A stretch of 64,000 nt of DNA from Rickettsiaceae bacterium (GTDB lineage Bacteria > Pseudomonadota > Alphaproteobacteria > Rickettsiales > UBA1997): positions 1,495 through 65,494 of the forward strand of contig JAJTCH010000003.1 of assembly GCA_021323225.1 (NCBI GenBank), given 5' to 3'. Of the stretch, positions 21,715 to 33,048 are shown piece by piece; position 1 is the first letter of the stretch; every line of letters begins with the position of its first letter. The notes beneath the pieces are model-generated. The model was not told the origin of the DNA. It made no database searches and saw only the letters and a list, made by a program, of their open reading frames with translations. Made by a program: the position numbers and the translations under genes.

Positions 21715-22661
21715 AAATTTAAGAATGGTTTGATTGTTTGGAAAAGATTGCTCTCTAATCTGGAATTAACATAACCGAAGACTCTTGGTAAAAAATCCAG
21801 ATAATTTTTTTTATTATCTCTAAATGATAGACGGGAGAAAATGCCGATAATTTTGGTATTTCTCTGCAGTGATAAAATTTGGTAATCAAGCAAAAATTGT
21901 TCTTTGTTGCAGTTTGATTTTTCCAAATAATGTTGCAACATTTTTTCTTGCAAATCTTTACTCACATCGCGTCTGGCATCTTCAAGAAGTGACACCAAGT
22001 CATAAGCGGCAACACCAGCTACTGCGTCTTGAAAATCAAGCAAGCCAACTTTTTTGATTCCATTTCTTTCTTCAAGCAACATTAAATTATCAGCATGATA
22101 ATCTCTCAAAACCAGCATTTTTGGTGCGCTTAATTTGGAGAATAGATCCAGCCAGGCATCACAAAATTTTTGTTTTTGTTTTTCGTCTAATGGCTTTTTA
22201 GCTATATTTGGCAAATACCAATCAACAAAAAGCATAACTTCTCTTAGCAACAACTCGTTGTTATATATTGGTAAATCTTTGGGTGGATTGATATTTTCTA
22301 ATTCAACCAGCAACTCAATTGCATCTTGATATAATTGATCTTGCTTTGAACTATGACGTTCCAGAATTTTTCGATAACTATCATCGCCAAAATCTTCCAG
22401 CAATAAAAATCCGTTTTGATAATCGGCAGCAAAAATTTGTGGTGCAGAAAAATTATTGCTCAGCAAAAAATTAGCAATTTTGCAAAATGGTTTTACATCT
22501 TCATGTTCTGGTGGCGCATCCATCACGATGAATTTTTTTCCATCTTCATTAATCACTCGAAAATAATGGCGAAATGAGGCATCGCCGGCAATTTTCTCAA
22601 TTTTGTAATTGATGATTTTGTTATCTTTAAGAAATTTTGAAAGCAGTAATTGGCGATCCAT
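21711..22661 (-). CDS. amgK: Anomeric MurNAc/GlcNAc kinase AmgK (aminoglycoside phosphotransferase fold)
   Basis: AGDASFRHYFR, VMDAPP, LRDYHADNLM, LDFQDA, YDLVSLLEDAR motifs. Confidence 0.85.
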   Translation of the reverse strand: MDRQLLLSKFLKDNKIINYKIEKIAGDASFRHYFRVINEDGKKFIVMDAPPEHEDVKPFCKIANFLLSNNFSAPQIFAADYQNGFLLLEDFGDDSYRKILERHSSKQDQLYQDAIELLVELENINPPKDLPIYNNELLLREVMLFVDWYLPNIAKKPLDEKQKQKFCDAWLDLFSKLSAPKMLVLRDYHADNLMLLEERNGIKKVGLLDFQDAVAGVAAYDLVSLLEDARRDVSKDLQEKMLQHYLEKSNCNKEQFLLDYQILSLQRNTKIIGIFSRLSFRDNKKNYLDFLPRVFGYVNSRLESNLFQTIKPFLNL

Positions 22662-22667
22662 TATTGA

Positions 22668-23747
22668 TTAAGAGATGATATTGACATGTCCCATTTTTCT
22701 ACCGGCTGCAATTTTATCTTTGCCGTAGAGATGTATTTTAGCTTGTTGATTTTGTTGGTATTTTTCCATTTTTAAAACATCATCGCCGATCAGATTTTGC
22801 ATATAGCCTTGAGAGTGAAAACTAACATCACCAAGTGACAATCCACATATAGCGCGAATTAGTTGTTCAAATTGGCTGGTATGGCAAGCATCCATTGAAA
22901 AATGTCCTGAGTTGTGCGGCCGGGGGGCGAGTTCGTTAACTAGCAGTGAGCCGTCTTTTAAAACAAAAAATTCTACTGCTAAAAGTCCAATCAAATTTAA
23001 CTCACCAGCAATTTTGCTGGCAATTTCTATTGCTTGTTTAGCAGTTTTTTCACTGACTTTTGCTGGATAAATACTTTGGTTTAAAATGCCGTTTTTGTGG
23101 ATGTTGGTTAAAGGTTCGTAACAAGAAATTTCTTTATTAACACTTCTGGCAACAATTGCTGAAATTTCCTGATCAAAATCGGAAAATTTTTCTAAAATTA
23201 ATTCCTGACCGGAAAAGTTTTTCCAAATTTCTTCCAAATTATTGTTTTGATTCAAAACCTGCTGTCCCTTTCCGTCATAGCCCATAGTTGCGGTTTTTAA
23301 AACTGCTTTAAAGCCAAATTCTTTCAATCCTTCTTGCAGATCTTTTAAAGAATGAATAGGTCTATAATCAGTGGTTTTAATTCCTATCGAATTGACAAAA
23401 TCTTTTTCTCTCAAACGATTTTGAGTAATTTTTAAGACATCAGCACCAGGGTAGACCGGTTTTTGTTTAGCAATAAAATCAACTGCCTCAACCGGAATAT
23501 TTTCAAATTCCAAAGTGGCAATATCGATTTTATCGGCAAATTCTTGCAGTGCTTTTTTATCTAAATAATCAGCAACGATAATTTCATCGGTAGCAATTTT
23601 AGCTGGGCAATTATCAATATCAGAAAATACTAAAGTTTTATAGCCAAGTTTGCGCGCGGCAAAACAGGTCATCTGGCCTAGCTGTCCGCCGCCAAAGATA
23701 CCAATTGTGCCGCCAAGTTTTATTTGTTGGTGATTTTTATCCGGCAT
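22668..23747 (-). CDS. purK: N5-carboxyaminoimidazole ribonucleotide synthase
   Basis: GIFGGGQLG, TLEFEN, GYDGKGQ, NELAPRPHNSGH, GRKMGH motifs; start at ATG 23747 chosen. Confidence 0.97.
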   Translation of the reverse strand: MPDKNHQQIKLGGTIGIFGGGQLGQMTCFAARKLGYKTLVFSDIDNCPAKIATDEIIVADYLDKKALQEFADKIDIATLEFENIPVEAVDFIAKQKPVYPGADVLKITQNRLREKDFVNSIGIKTTDYRPIHSLKDLQEGLKEFGFKAVLKTATMGYDGKGQQVLNQNNNLEEIWKNFSGQELILEKFSDFDQEISAIVARSVNKEISCYEPLTNIHKNGILNQSIYPAKVSEKTAKQAIEIASKIAGELNLIGLLAVEFFVLKDGSLLVNELAPRPHNSGHFSMDACHTSQFEQLIRAICGLSLGDVSFHSQGYMQNLIGDDVLKMEKYQQNQQAKIHLYGKDKIAAGRKMGHVNIIS

Positions 23748-24513
23748 AAATTTTATACATTGCAATTGCAGCAGCGTTAGAGGCGTTTAGGCTTTCGGTT
23801 TCATTGCTGATTGGTATTTTAACCAGCAAATCGCAATTTTCTTTTACCAATCTGCGAATGCCTTCACCTTCGCTACCAAGCACCAAAGCAATTGGTTGGA
23901 AATTTTTTACTTCTTTTACATCGGCTTTTGCCGTGCCATCCAAGCCAACTGACCAATAGCCAAGCTTTTTTAATTCTGATAACAAATGATTAAAATTTCC
24001 TCCGGCAATTAGCTCGACTAGCTCCAACATTCCTGATGCTGCTTTGGCAATTACCGGACTATGAATTGGAAAATTTCTTTCGTTAACAACAATATTTTTA
24101 AACCCAAAAGCAACCGCGCTCCTTATGACAGCACCAATATTTTGTGGATCTGTTAGGTTGTCTAAAACCAGGAGGGGAGGGAGATTTTTGCTATCAAGAT
24201 TTTGGATTTTATCCAAAAAATGGTTGAAAGAAAAAATTGTTATAAGAGAAGTTTTTAGAGCAAAACCTTGATGGGTAGACCCAATTGGGAAAAGACTTGA
24301 TAGAGATTCGCCATCAACAATTTTGATCAGGCTTTTATCAATCTTAATTTTCTTATCAGTAATAAATTTTTTAAGATCAGCCTCATTATGAGGGGTAACT
24401 AAAATTTGATAGATTTTTCTTCTTGGATTAAGCAAGGCCGCCAGAACTGGATGGCGGCCATAGATCCAAATCTGATTATCAGTTTTGGATATTAACTTAT
24501 TTTTTTGTGTCAT
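23737..24513 (-). CDS. rlmB: 23S rRNA Gm2251 methyltransferase (SPOUT)
   Basis: IYGRHPV, DPQNIGAVIRSA, LGSEGEGIR, ESLNASNA motifs. Confidence 0.92.
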   Translation of the reverse strand: MTQKNKLISKTDNQIWIYGRHPVLAALLNPRRKIYQILVTPHNEADLKKFITDKKIKIDKSLIKIVDGESLSSLFPIGSTHQGFALKTSLITIFSFNHFLDKIQNLDSKNLPPLLVLDNLTDPQNIGAVIRSAVAFGFKNIVVNERNFPIHSPVIAKAASGMLELVELIAGGNFNHLLSELKKLGYWSVGLDGTAKADVKEVKNFQPIALVLGSEGEGIRRLVKENCDLLVKIPISNETESLNASNAAAIAMYKIYAG

Positions 24514-25483
24514 CCTTTACATCATCCTTTGCAGCTTCCGGGGTGTTTACAGCTTCCGGAGTTTTAACTTCTTCTTTATCTTCTGGAGTTGCAGGTTCTT
24601 TATTTTCTTGCGACTTCAAATCGATAAGAATTTTTACTTTGCTATTTTCAGTAATTTTGCCAAAGAGTTTTTCTACAACTTCGCGCTTCATGCTTTGTTC
24701 TATCTCAGCCTTTGCTTCTTCAAAAGTTGGGATTTTAACATCTCTAACATCTTCCACTTTTACAATATGCCAGCCGAATTTAGTTTTGATTGGGGCAGAA
24801 ATTTGGTTCTTTTTTAACTCAGAAATAGCTTTGCTGAAATCTTCATCCAAACGGTCAGGGACAACATATCCTAAATCGCCACCTTTAGCTGCATTTGCTC
24901 CATCTTCTGAATATTGTTTAGCAAGTTTTTCAAAAGAAGTGGTTTTTAACATAGATTTGATCTTTTCAATTTTTTCCTGGCTTGAAACCATGATATGTCT
25001 CAAATGCATTTCTTTTTTGCCCGCTAATTCAGTAGAAAGTTGGGTATATTTATTTTTAATTGTTTCCTCAGTAACTTCTTTTTTTATTGCCGCAGCAAGA
25101 TAAGCCTGACGGATAAGGCCTTTTTTATATTCTTCAGCTTGCTTTTTGATCTTTCCATCTTTTGCTTCTTTTGATTTTCCGGCAATTTTGTCTATTTCTC
25201 TTTGCAGATAAATATCTTTAGCTACAGCCTCAATAACTTGCTGTGGCAGGTTATCAATGGCAATTTTTTGCTCAACACCTGCTGGATTTCTGCTGGAAAG
25301 CATTTTTGCCACTCTATCTTCCAACTCAGATTGATAGATTTTTTCACCATTAACAGTGGCTGCAACTTTGCCATTTTTTTGATTGGAAAAAATTATGAAT
25401 CCACCAATTGCAGAGGCAATAAGAAGGATTAGCACCAGTAGTGAGACGATTAATTTGGTTCTCTTTTTTGTATTCTTTTTCAT
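24497..25483 (-). CDS. Parvulin-type peptidyl-prolyl isomerase (PrsA-like, membrane-anchored)
   Basis: N-terminal TM segment, VAATVNG, RHIMV, FEKLAKQYS, GGDLG, KTKFGWHIV motifs; alternative start 25534. Confidence 0.9.
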   Translation of the reverse strand: MKKNTKKRTKLIVSLLVLILLIASAIGGFIIFSNQKNGKVAATVNGEKIYQSELEDRVAKMLSSRNPAGVEQKIAIDNLPQQVIEAVAKDIYLQREIDKIAGKSKEAKDGKIKKQAEEYKKGLIRQAYLAAAIKKEVTEETIKNKYTQLSTELAGKKEMHLRHIMVSSQEKIEKIKSMLKTTSFEKLAKQYSEDGANAAKGGDLGYVVPDRLDEDFSKAISELKKNQISAPIKTKFGWHIVKVEDVRDVKIPTFEEAKAEIEQSMKREVVEKLFGKITENSKVKILIDLKSQENKEPATPEDKEEVKTPEAVNTPEAAKDDVKDDTKK

Positions 25484-25520
25484 AAATTTATTTTTAGTTA
25501 TTAAGGTAATTTTGTTGTGA

Positions 25521-26867
25521 TTATTTTCCGTCAAATTTACTCATCATTTCTGAAATAGAATTTTGATCCATTTTTCCAACCTTTTCCATCATTTTTTGCA
25601 TTTGTTTAAACTTTTTTAGCAGCTGGTTGACTTCTTGTATTGTTCCACCAGCTCCAGCAGCAATTCTTCTCTTGCGGGAGGAATTTAAAATCTCCGGTTT
25701 CAATCTTTCTTTTGGCGTCATTGAACTAATCAATGCTTCTTGTTTTTTAATTTCTTTTTCAATTTTTGGATTTTGTAATTGTTCCCTAATTTGTCCGGCT
25801 CCTGGCAAGAATTTTAAAATACTGCCAAGCCCGCCCATTTTTTTCATATTCCTGATTTGCGATAACAAATCATTTAAATTGAACTGGCCTTTGCGCAGGC
25901 GTGATTCTGCTTTTTTGAGTTCATCTTGATCAAAAACTTCTGCTGCCTTTTCTACCAAAGAAACCACATCGCCCATTCCCAAAATTCTGGAGGCAATTCT
26001 CTCCGGATCAAAAATTTCTAAATCTTCCGGTTTTTCTCCGCTGCCTAGAAATTTAATCGGGCAACCAGTGGCCATTTTCATGGTGATTGCTACACCACCA
26101 CGAGAGTCACCGTCGATTCTGGTTAAAATTACGCCGTCAATTCCTAAGCCATTTTTAAAACTGTTGGCGACATTGATTGCATCTTGTCCAATCAGAGAAT
26201 CGATGACTAAAATAGTTTCAGTTGGATTAGTGATTTTTTTGATTTGCGAAATTTCTTCCATCAATTCTTCATTGATGTGAGTTCTGCCTGCGCTATCTAA
26301 AATCAGAATTTCATAACCATGATCACTTGCTTGTTTAACGGCTCTTTTAGCGATTTCAAACGGTTTTTGATTTTGGATGATCTCTAAATTATCTACTCCG
26401 GTTTTTTTTGCCAAAACTTCCAATTGTTGCTGTGCTGCCGGTCGTTCGGTATCGAGTGAAGCAAGTAAAATGCGTTTTTTATTATGTTTGCGTTGCAGAT
26501 AACTAGCCAGTTTGCCGCAGCTTGTAGTTTTGCCGGATCCTTGCAAACCAACCATCAACAAAATCACTGGCTCTCTAGCATTCAAATTAATTTCCGCTTT
26601 ATCGCTGCCCAGAATTTTAACCAGCTCATCATGAACAATTTTAACAATCATTTGTCCAGGTGAGACGTTTTTTATCACCTGTTCTCCAATCGCTTTTTCC
26701 TTAACTTTGCCAATAAATTCCTTAACAACAGGCAATGCAACATCAGCCTCCAAAAGCGCAATTCTAATTTCGCGCATTGCTTCATTTAGATTGTCTTCGG
26801 AGATAAATTTTTTCCCGGAAAGGGAATCGAATATTTTGGAAAAACCGTTGGTTATGTTGTCGAACAT
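25521..26867 (-). CDS. ffh: Signal recognition particle protein Ffh
   Basis: ALLEADV, GLQGSGKTT, DSAGR, RILGMGDV, SMT..ER..P, RRIAAGAG motifs. Confidence 0.98.
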   Translation of the reverse strand: MFDNITNGFSKIFDSLSGKKFISEDNLNEAMREIRIALLEADVALPVVKEFIGKVKEKAIGEQVIKNVSPGQMIVKIVHDELVKILGSDKAEINLNAREPVILLMVGLQGSGKTTSCGKLASYLQRKHNKKRILLASLDTERPAAQQQLEVLAKKTGVDNLEIIQNQKPFEIAKRAVKQASDHGYEILILDSAGRTHINEELMEEISQIKKITNPTETILVIDSLIGQDAINVANSFKNGLGIDGVILTRIDGDSRGGVAITMKMATGCPIKFLGSGEKPEDLEIFDPERIASRILGMGDVVSLVEKAAEVFDQDELKKAESRLRKGQFNLNDLLSQIRNMKKMGGLGSILKFLPGAGQIREQLQNPKIEKEIKKQEALISSMTPKERLKPEILNSSRKRRIAAGAGGTIQEVNQLLKKFKQMQKMMEKVGKMDQNSISEMMSKFDGK

Positions 26868-26869
26868 AA

Positions 26870-27631
26870 TTATTTTTTAATTGTCGCCAGTCGCAATCCT
26901 TCTAAGGTCAAATCCGGTTGAACAAGGTTTGGCATGGTTAGCGCCTCGCCAAAAAGTGTTGATAATCCGCCGGTGATGATGACTTTCATCTCGCAATTTT
27001 GTTCGGCTTTAATTTTAGCAACCAAACCTTCCACTAAACTTATATAACCAAAATAAATCCCAGAATTTATCGCTTCAAAAGTTGATTTGCCGATAACATT
27101 TTTTTGAGGCTTGAGCTGAATTTTTGGAAGCTGCGCTGTCATGTCATGCAAAGCTTTGATGGAGAGATTAACGCCTGGAGCAATTACACCACCAAGATAT
27201 TCACCATGTTCTCCAACCACATCAAAAGTTGTTGCCGTTCCAAAATCAATAATGATCAAATTATTGCCGAATTTTTCATGGCCGGCAATTGCATTTATCA
27301 AACGGTCAAAACCAACTTCTTGTTTATTTTTTAGAGTGACTTCGATTTTGAGTTTGATGTCTCTGCCAACAACTAAAATATTGCCGTTATAGAATTTTTT
27401 AACTGCAGTTTCGATGACATTGGTAAAATTCGGGACCACTGAAACAATTGATACAGTGGAGATTTTTAAACAATCAATTTTGTCGTTTAAAAACAGTTCA
27501 ATTATATCGATCGCATAATCTTCCGCTGATTTTTGGATATTAGTTTCCAAGCGGAATTTGTGCGATAATTTTTCACCTTCAAACAACCCAAGCACAATGT
27601 TGGTGTTGCCTATATCAATTGCTAGTAACAT
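26870..27631 (-). CDS. coaX: Type III pantothenate kinase
   Basis: LAIDIGNTN, SVVP, VGFDR, DFGTATT, GGVIAPG, TGG motifs. Confidence 0.97.
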   Translation of the reverse strand: MLLAIDIGNTNIVLGLFEGEKLSHKFRLETNIQKSAEDYAIDIIELFLNDKIDCLKISTVSIVSVVPNFTNVIETAVKKFYNGNILVVGRDIKLKIEVTLKNKQEVGFDRLINAIAGHEKFGNNLIIIDFGTATTFDVVGEHGEYLGGVIAPGVNLSIKALHDMTAQLPKIQLKPQKNVIGKSTFEAINSGIYFGYISLVEGLVAKIKAEQNCEMKVIITGGLSTLFGEALTMPNLVQPDLTLEGLRLATIKK

Positions 27632-27643
27632 AAATTTATTCTT

Positions 27644-28849
<1,206 letters not shown>

Positions 28850-28890
28850 TTATTGGCAGTTTAATAGTTGATAAGTTAAAAAGAGGGCGG

Positions 28891-28920
28891 ATTTTAACTT
28901 TTTAACGCAGTTATAAGCAA
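28891..28920 (-). promoter_or_regulatory. Putative sigma70 promoter for aatA-coaX-ffh run
   Basis: Minus strand TTGCTT-N18-TAAAAT followed by GC-rich CCGCCCTC. Confidence 0.45.
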
Positions 28921-28993
28921 GGAAAATTGCCGCTAATTTGGCCCCGCCATTGGCCCTACTGCCTCTTCATCATTTTTAATTAATTCCAATTTT

Positions 28994-30085
28994 GTGCCGA
29001 TCTTCAAACAAGAGCAGTTAGTAGAAATTTGTCATTTGATTAATAAAAACAAAATTGTGGCGATTGATACCGAATTTGTTCGTGAAACTACTTATAAGCC
29101 AGTTCTCTGCCTAATCCAAATTAATGTTGAAGGTGAATGTTATTTAATTGATGCACTTTCCGGCCTTGATTTACAGCCATTTTTTGCAATTTTAAATGAT
29201 CCAGAAATTATCAAAATTATTCATTCTTCAAGACAAGATATTGAAGTTTTGCTGCAAAATTTCCCTGAACAAACTAAGCCCCAATCAATTTTTGATACGC
29301 AAATAATGGCTGCTTTATCGGGAGTTGGCTTTGCCATTAGCTATAGCAATTTAGCAAAAAATTTACTTGATGAGGATATTGATAAAAACCACCAAAGAAG
29401 CGACTGGCAAAAGCGGCCTTTAACAAAAGAGCAAATTGAATATGCCAGAATTGATGTTTTGCACCTGCCAAAAATTTACCAAATTTTAAAAACTAAATTG
29501 GCCGAGCAAAATAAGCTTGATTGGGCAGTGCAAGAAATGGATTTAAATATTGCTAAAGCGCTTGCTAAAGACGACCTTTGCAAAAATTTTTCCTTCATAA
29601 ATAAAAGTGCTATTTATAGAGAAAATGTTACAAAACTTGTTAAATGGAGGGATGATCTAGCTAGGAAATATAATGTTCCGCGCAGTTTTGTAATCAAAGA
29701 TGATTTGCTGGATAAAATTGCTTTTAGTAATCCAAAAACTATTGATCAACTTGCAAAATGTGGTTTTAAAACCAAAATATCGCAGCCAATTGAAGAGGAA
29801 ATTATAAATTTGCTTCAGGATAAAAATTATCCGATTGATTTTCAGTTGGAAAAAGAGGAATTGCAAATCAGTTCTAAATTAAGCGAAGAACAGAAAATAA
29901 TTTATCAAAAGAGCAGGGCGCTTTTAATTTCTCAAGCGGAGAAATTTCAAATTAGCCCGGAATTGATAATTAATCAGTCTTCACTTCAAGCCATAATTTC
30001 TGGCAATAAATCTGTTGATAAGATTTTATCTGGATGGAGATATCCGGTATTCGGAGAGGAGCTAGAAAAATTAATTGCTAACTAA
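28994..30085 (+). CDS. rnd: Ribonuclease D
   Basis: [29 protein letters not shown]; HRDC-like C-terminus. Confidence 0.95.
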   Translation: MPIFKQEQLVEICHLINKNKIVAIDTEFVRETTYKPVLCLIQINVEGECYLIDALSGLDLQPFFAILNDPEIIKIIHSSRQDIEVLLQNFPEQTKPQSIFDTQIMAALSGVGFAISYSNLAKNLLDEDIDKNHQRSDWQKRPLTKEQIEYARIDVLHLPKIYQILKTKLAEQNKLDWAVQEMDLNIAKALAKDDLCKNFSFINKSAIYRENVTKLVKWRDDLARKYNVPRSFVIKDDLLDKIAFSNPKTIDQLAKCGFKTKISQPIEEEIINLLQDKNYPIDFQLEKEELQISSKLSEEQKIIYQKSRALLISQAEKFQISPELIINQSSLQAIISGNKSVDKILSGWRYPVFGEELEKLIAN

Positions 30086-30099
30086 TTTTTAAAATAATC

Positions 30100-31503
30100 A
30101 TGAATAAAAAATCAGTAACAAAGCAGGCAAATCAAATGTGGGGCGGTCGTTTCTCAAATGCGCCTTCTGAAGTGATGCAGGCAATTAATTGCTCAATTAG
30201 TTTTGATAAACAGCTTTATCGCCAAGATATTCGTGCTTCTATCGCTCATTGCCAAATGCTTGCCAAAGTGAATATTTTGCAAAAAAGCGAAGCAGAAAAA
30301 ATTATTTCCGGGCTCAAACAAATTGAAAAAGAAATTGAGGAAGGAAAATTTAAATTCAAAAATGAGTTAGAAGATATTCATTTAAATATTGAAGGCCGTT
30401 TGGCAGAAATTATTGGCGATGTGGCGGGCAAGTTGCACACTGCAAGATCAAGGAATGATCAAGTGGCAACCGATTTTAAATTATATGTGCGAGATGCGAC
30501 TGATGAGATTGAAAAATTGCTGAAAAATCTGCAAAAAACTATCCTCAAAAAAGCTGAAGAAAATGTTGAAACCATTATGCCCGGTTTCACCCATTTACAA
30601 ACCGCGCAGCCAATTTCTTTTGCCCATCATTTGATGGCTTATTTTGAAATGATCAAACGCGATGTTAGTCGTTTTAATGATTCTAAAAAAAGACTAGCCG
30701 AATCTCCGCTTGGTTCTGCTGCATTAGCCGGAACCTCATTTCCGATCGATCGTTTTTTAGCTGCTAAATTACTTGGTTTTGATCGGCCAATGTCCAATTC
30801 AATTGACGGCGTTTCTGACCGTGATTTTGCTATTGAATTTGCCTCCAACACTGCAATTTTAGCAACTCATTTATCACGAATTGCCGAAGAAATTGTGATA
30901 TGGATGAGCAAGGGTTTTGATTTTATTTCTCTTTCCGATGCCTTTACTTCCGGCAGTTCAATCATGCCACAGAAGAAAAATCCTGATGCGGCGGAATTAA
31001 TCAGAGGAAAAAGCGGAAGAATTTTCGGATCGCTAATTAATTTGCTGACGGTTCTTAAAGGCTTGCCTTTGGCTTATTCCAAGGATTTGCAAGAAGACAA
31101 AGAGCCAATTTTTGATATTCATAAAAATATCGTGATCTGCATTTTGGCGATTGATGGCATGATGCAAGATTTGAAAGTGAAAAAAGAAAATATGAAAAAA
31201 ATGGCAAGTGCCGGCTATTCTACAGCTACTGATTTAGCGGATTGGCTGGTAAAAAATCTTGGTTTGCCTTTTAGAAAATGTCATCACATTACCGGCACAA
31301 TTGTGAAATTGGCGGAGCAAAAAAATTGTGATTTGCAGGATTTATCCTTGAAAGAAATGCAAAAAATTGAGCCAAAAATCACTAAAGAAATTTATCAATT
31401 TTTAACCGTAGAAAATTCGGTCAAAAGTCGTGACAGTTTTGGTGGAACTTCTCCAAAAGCAGTTAAAGCGGCAATTAATGAAGCTAAAAAATCCTTAAAA
31501 TAA
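30100..31503 (+). CDS. argH: Argininosuccinate lyase
   Basis: [34 protein letters not shown] motifs. Confidence 0.98.
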   Translation: MNKKSVTKQANQMWGGRFSNAPSEVMQAINCSISFDKQLYRQDIRASIAHCQMLAKVNILQKSEAEKIISGLKQIEKEIEEGKFKFKNELEDIHLNIEGRLAEIIGDVAGKLHTARSRNDQVATDFKLYVRDATDEIEKLLKNLQKTILKKAEENVETIMPGFTHLQTAQPISFAHHLMAYFEMIKRDVSRFNDSKKRLAESPLGSAALAGTSFPIDRFLAAKLLGFDRPMSNSIDGVSDRDFAIEFASNTAILATHLSRIAEEIVIWMSKGFDFISLSDAFTSGSSIMPQKKNPDAAELIRGKSGRIFGSLINLLTVLKGLPLAYSKDLQEDKEPIFDIHKNIVICILAIDGMMQDLKVKKENMKKMASAGYSTATDLADWLVKNLGLPFRKCHHITGTIVKLAEQKNCDLQDLSLKEMQKIEPKITKEIYQFLTVENSVKSRDSFGGTSPKAVKAAINEAKKSLK

Positions 31504-31505
31504 TA

Positions 31506-31625
31506 ATGAAAAAATCACTTTTGATCCTGATTTTATTTTCAATTTTTCTAACTTCCTGTGGCAAAAAAGGTGCCTTATCTTTGCCGGAAGAACCGCAAGA
31601 AGTGACAGAAGAAAAAGCTAAGTAA
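31506..31625 (+). CDS. lptM: Small lipoprotein LptM/YifL family (39 aa, not in the ORF track)
   Basis: Hand translation MKKSLLILILFSIFLTSCGKKGALSLPEEPQEVTEEKAK; lipobox LTSC plus CGxKGxLxLP signature; follows argH. Confidence 0.8.
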   Translation: MKKSLLILILFSIFLTSCGKKGALSLPEEPQEVTEEKAK

Positions 31626-32110
31626 TGAAGCAAAATCATGGTTTGTCTCCATTAACAGATAAAATTGGACAAGTTCTAAAACCAATTTTTGCCAAGAGAA
31701 AAGATGATTTTTTGATTCTGGGTAATTTGAGCAAAAACTGGCAAAAAATTGTCGGAGAAAAATGCTGGCAATTTTGCCATCCGAAAAAAGTTAAATTTGA
31801 GAAAAATAAAAAAGCTAACGGAGTTTTGAGCATCAGCGCTTATAACTCTTCAATTGGTTTTTATTTAGAAGCTAATTCCAGCCAGATTATTGAAAATATT
31901 GCCAGCTATTACGGCTATAAAATAATTTCTGAAATTAGGATTATTCAAGAACCAAAACAGCTTGATCAAAAACCAAAAGAAGTTGCTGAAGAAATTAATC
32001 AAAAACAGCAAGATTTCATTTTGGAATCAACAACAAAAATTGAAGATAAAGAATTAAAAAACATTCTTCAAAAACTAGGAAAATCAATATGGACAAAAAA
32101 ATCATCATAG
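31625..32110 (+). CDS. dciA: DciA/DUF721 family helicase-loading factor
   Basis: NWQKIVGE, P.KV.F, IIENI..YYGY..I..IRI.Q pattern. Confidence 0.75.
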   Translation: MKQNHGLSPLTDKIGQVLKPIFAKRKDDFLILGNLSKNWQKIVGEKCWQFCHPKKVKFEKNKKANGVLSISAYNSSIGFYLEANSSQIIENIASYYGYKIISEIRIIQEPKQLDQKPKEVAEEINQKQQDFILESTTKIEDKELKNILQKLGKSIWTKKSS

Positions 32111-32925
32111 CTAACTGGAAAATGAATAGCTCATTTGACCAGGCAGAGATTTGGGTGGAAAATTTGAGCGAAAAATTAGACACGCAACCGTCAGAAAATC
32201 TACCGGAAATTGTTTTATGCCCGCCATCAATTATGATTGAACATATAGATTCAATTTTAATCTATCGCAAGCTTGATGAGCTCGAAAAGCTTCACAAAAA
32301 TATTGATGAAATTGAAGAGGAAGATTTAGATAAAATGATCTCCGAAACAAGAATAATTAAACTTGGAGCGCAAGATTGCAGCCAGCATGAGCAAGGCTCT
32401 TTCACCGGAGACATCAGTGCTTTAATGATTAGTGATTGTGGAGCTTCTTATGTGATTCTTGGCCATAGTGAAAGAAGAAATCATCATGCGGAAAGTGATC
32501 AAATAATTGCCAAAAAAATTGCTGCTGCACTTAGAAAAAATCTAACCCCAATTCTTTGTGTAGGAGAATCAAAAAAACAAAGAGAAGAAAATAGTTATCA
32601 AGATTTTATTGCTGATCAATTAACAAATTCTTTGCCCGAACATTTGGGAGATAAAAAATTGATTATTGCTTATGAGCCGCTTTGGTCTATAGGAACAGGA
32701 TTAATACCAAAAGCAATTGAGATTGAGGAAATTGCTGCATCAATCAAAAAACAGTTACAAAATAGGAAGGATATTTCCGAGCTAAAAATTATTTATGGCG
32801 GATCAGTGAATAAAGAAAATGCTGTAGAAATTTTGAATGTAAAAAATATTGATGGGCTTTTAGTTGGTGGGGCTAGTCTTGATGAAAAAGAGTTTTTTGA
32901 AATTATTAAATTTGGCTGTAGGTAG
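32089..32925 (+). CDS. tpiA: Triosephosphate isomerase with an internal acidic insertion
   Basis: ANWKMN, GHSERR, AYEP.W.IGTG, YGGSV, LVGGASL motifs. Confidence 0.96.
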   Translation: MDKKIIIANWKMNSSFDQAEIWVENLSEKLDTQPSENLPEIVLCPPSIMIEHIDSILIYRKLDELEKLHKNIDEIEEEDLDKMISETRIIKLGAQDCSQHEQGSFTGDISALMISDCGASYVILGHSERRNHHAESDQIIAKKIAAALRKNLTPILCVGESKKQREENSYQDFIADQLTNSLPEHLGDKKLIIAYEPLWSIGTGLIPKAIEIEEIAASIKKQLQNRKDISELKIIYGGSVNKENAVEILNVKNIDGLLVGGASLDEKEFFEIIKFGCR

Positions 32926-32950
32926 CATCCTTAATTTCTTTAAAATTTTG

Positions 32951-32979
32951 TTGACTTAAATTATTTGTCACCATAACTT
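32951..32979 (+). promoter_or_regulatory. Putative sigma70 promoter of the pilin-like pair
   Basis: TTGACT-N17-TAACTT about 70 bp upstream of 33049. Confidence 0.5.
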
Positions 32980-33048
32980 GCACCGATCAATTTATATTCC
33001 CCACTAGTTATCTTTGTCTAAATAATCAAATTATATCACATACAAGCT

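Noticed and set aside
24507-25103. 198-aa ORF antisense to the parvulin PPIase
   Set aside because: Ser/Phe/Leu-rich mirror of the Lys/Glu-rich sense gene; a typical shadow ORF with no motifs
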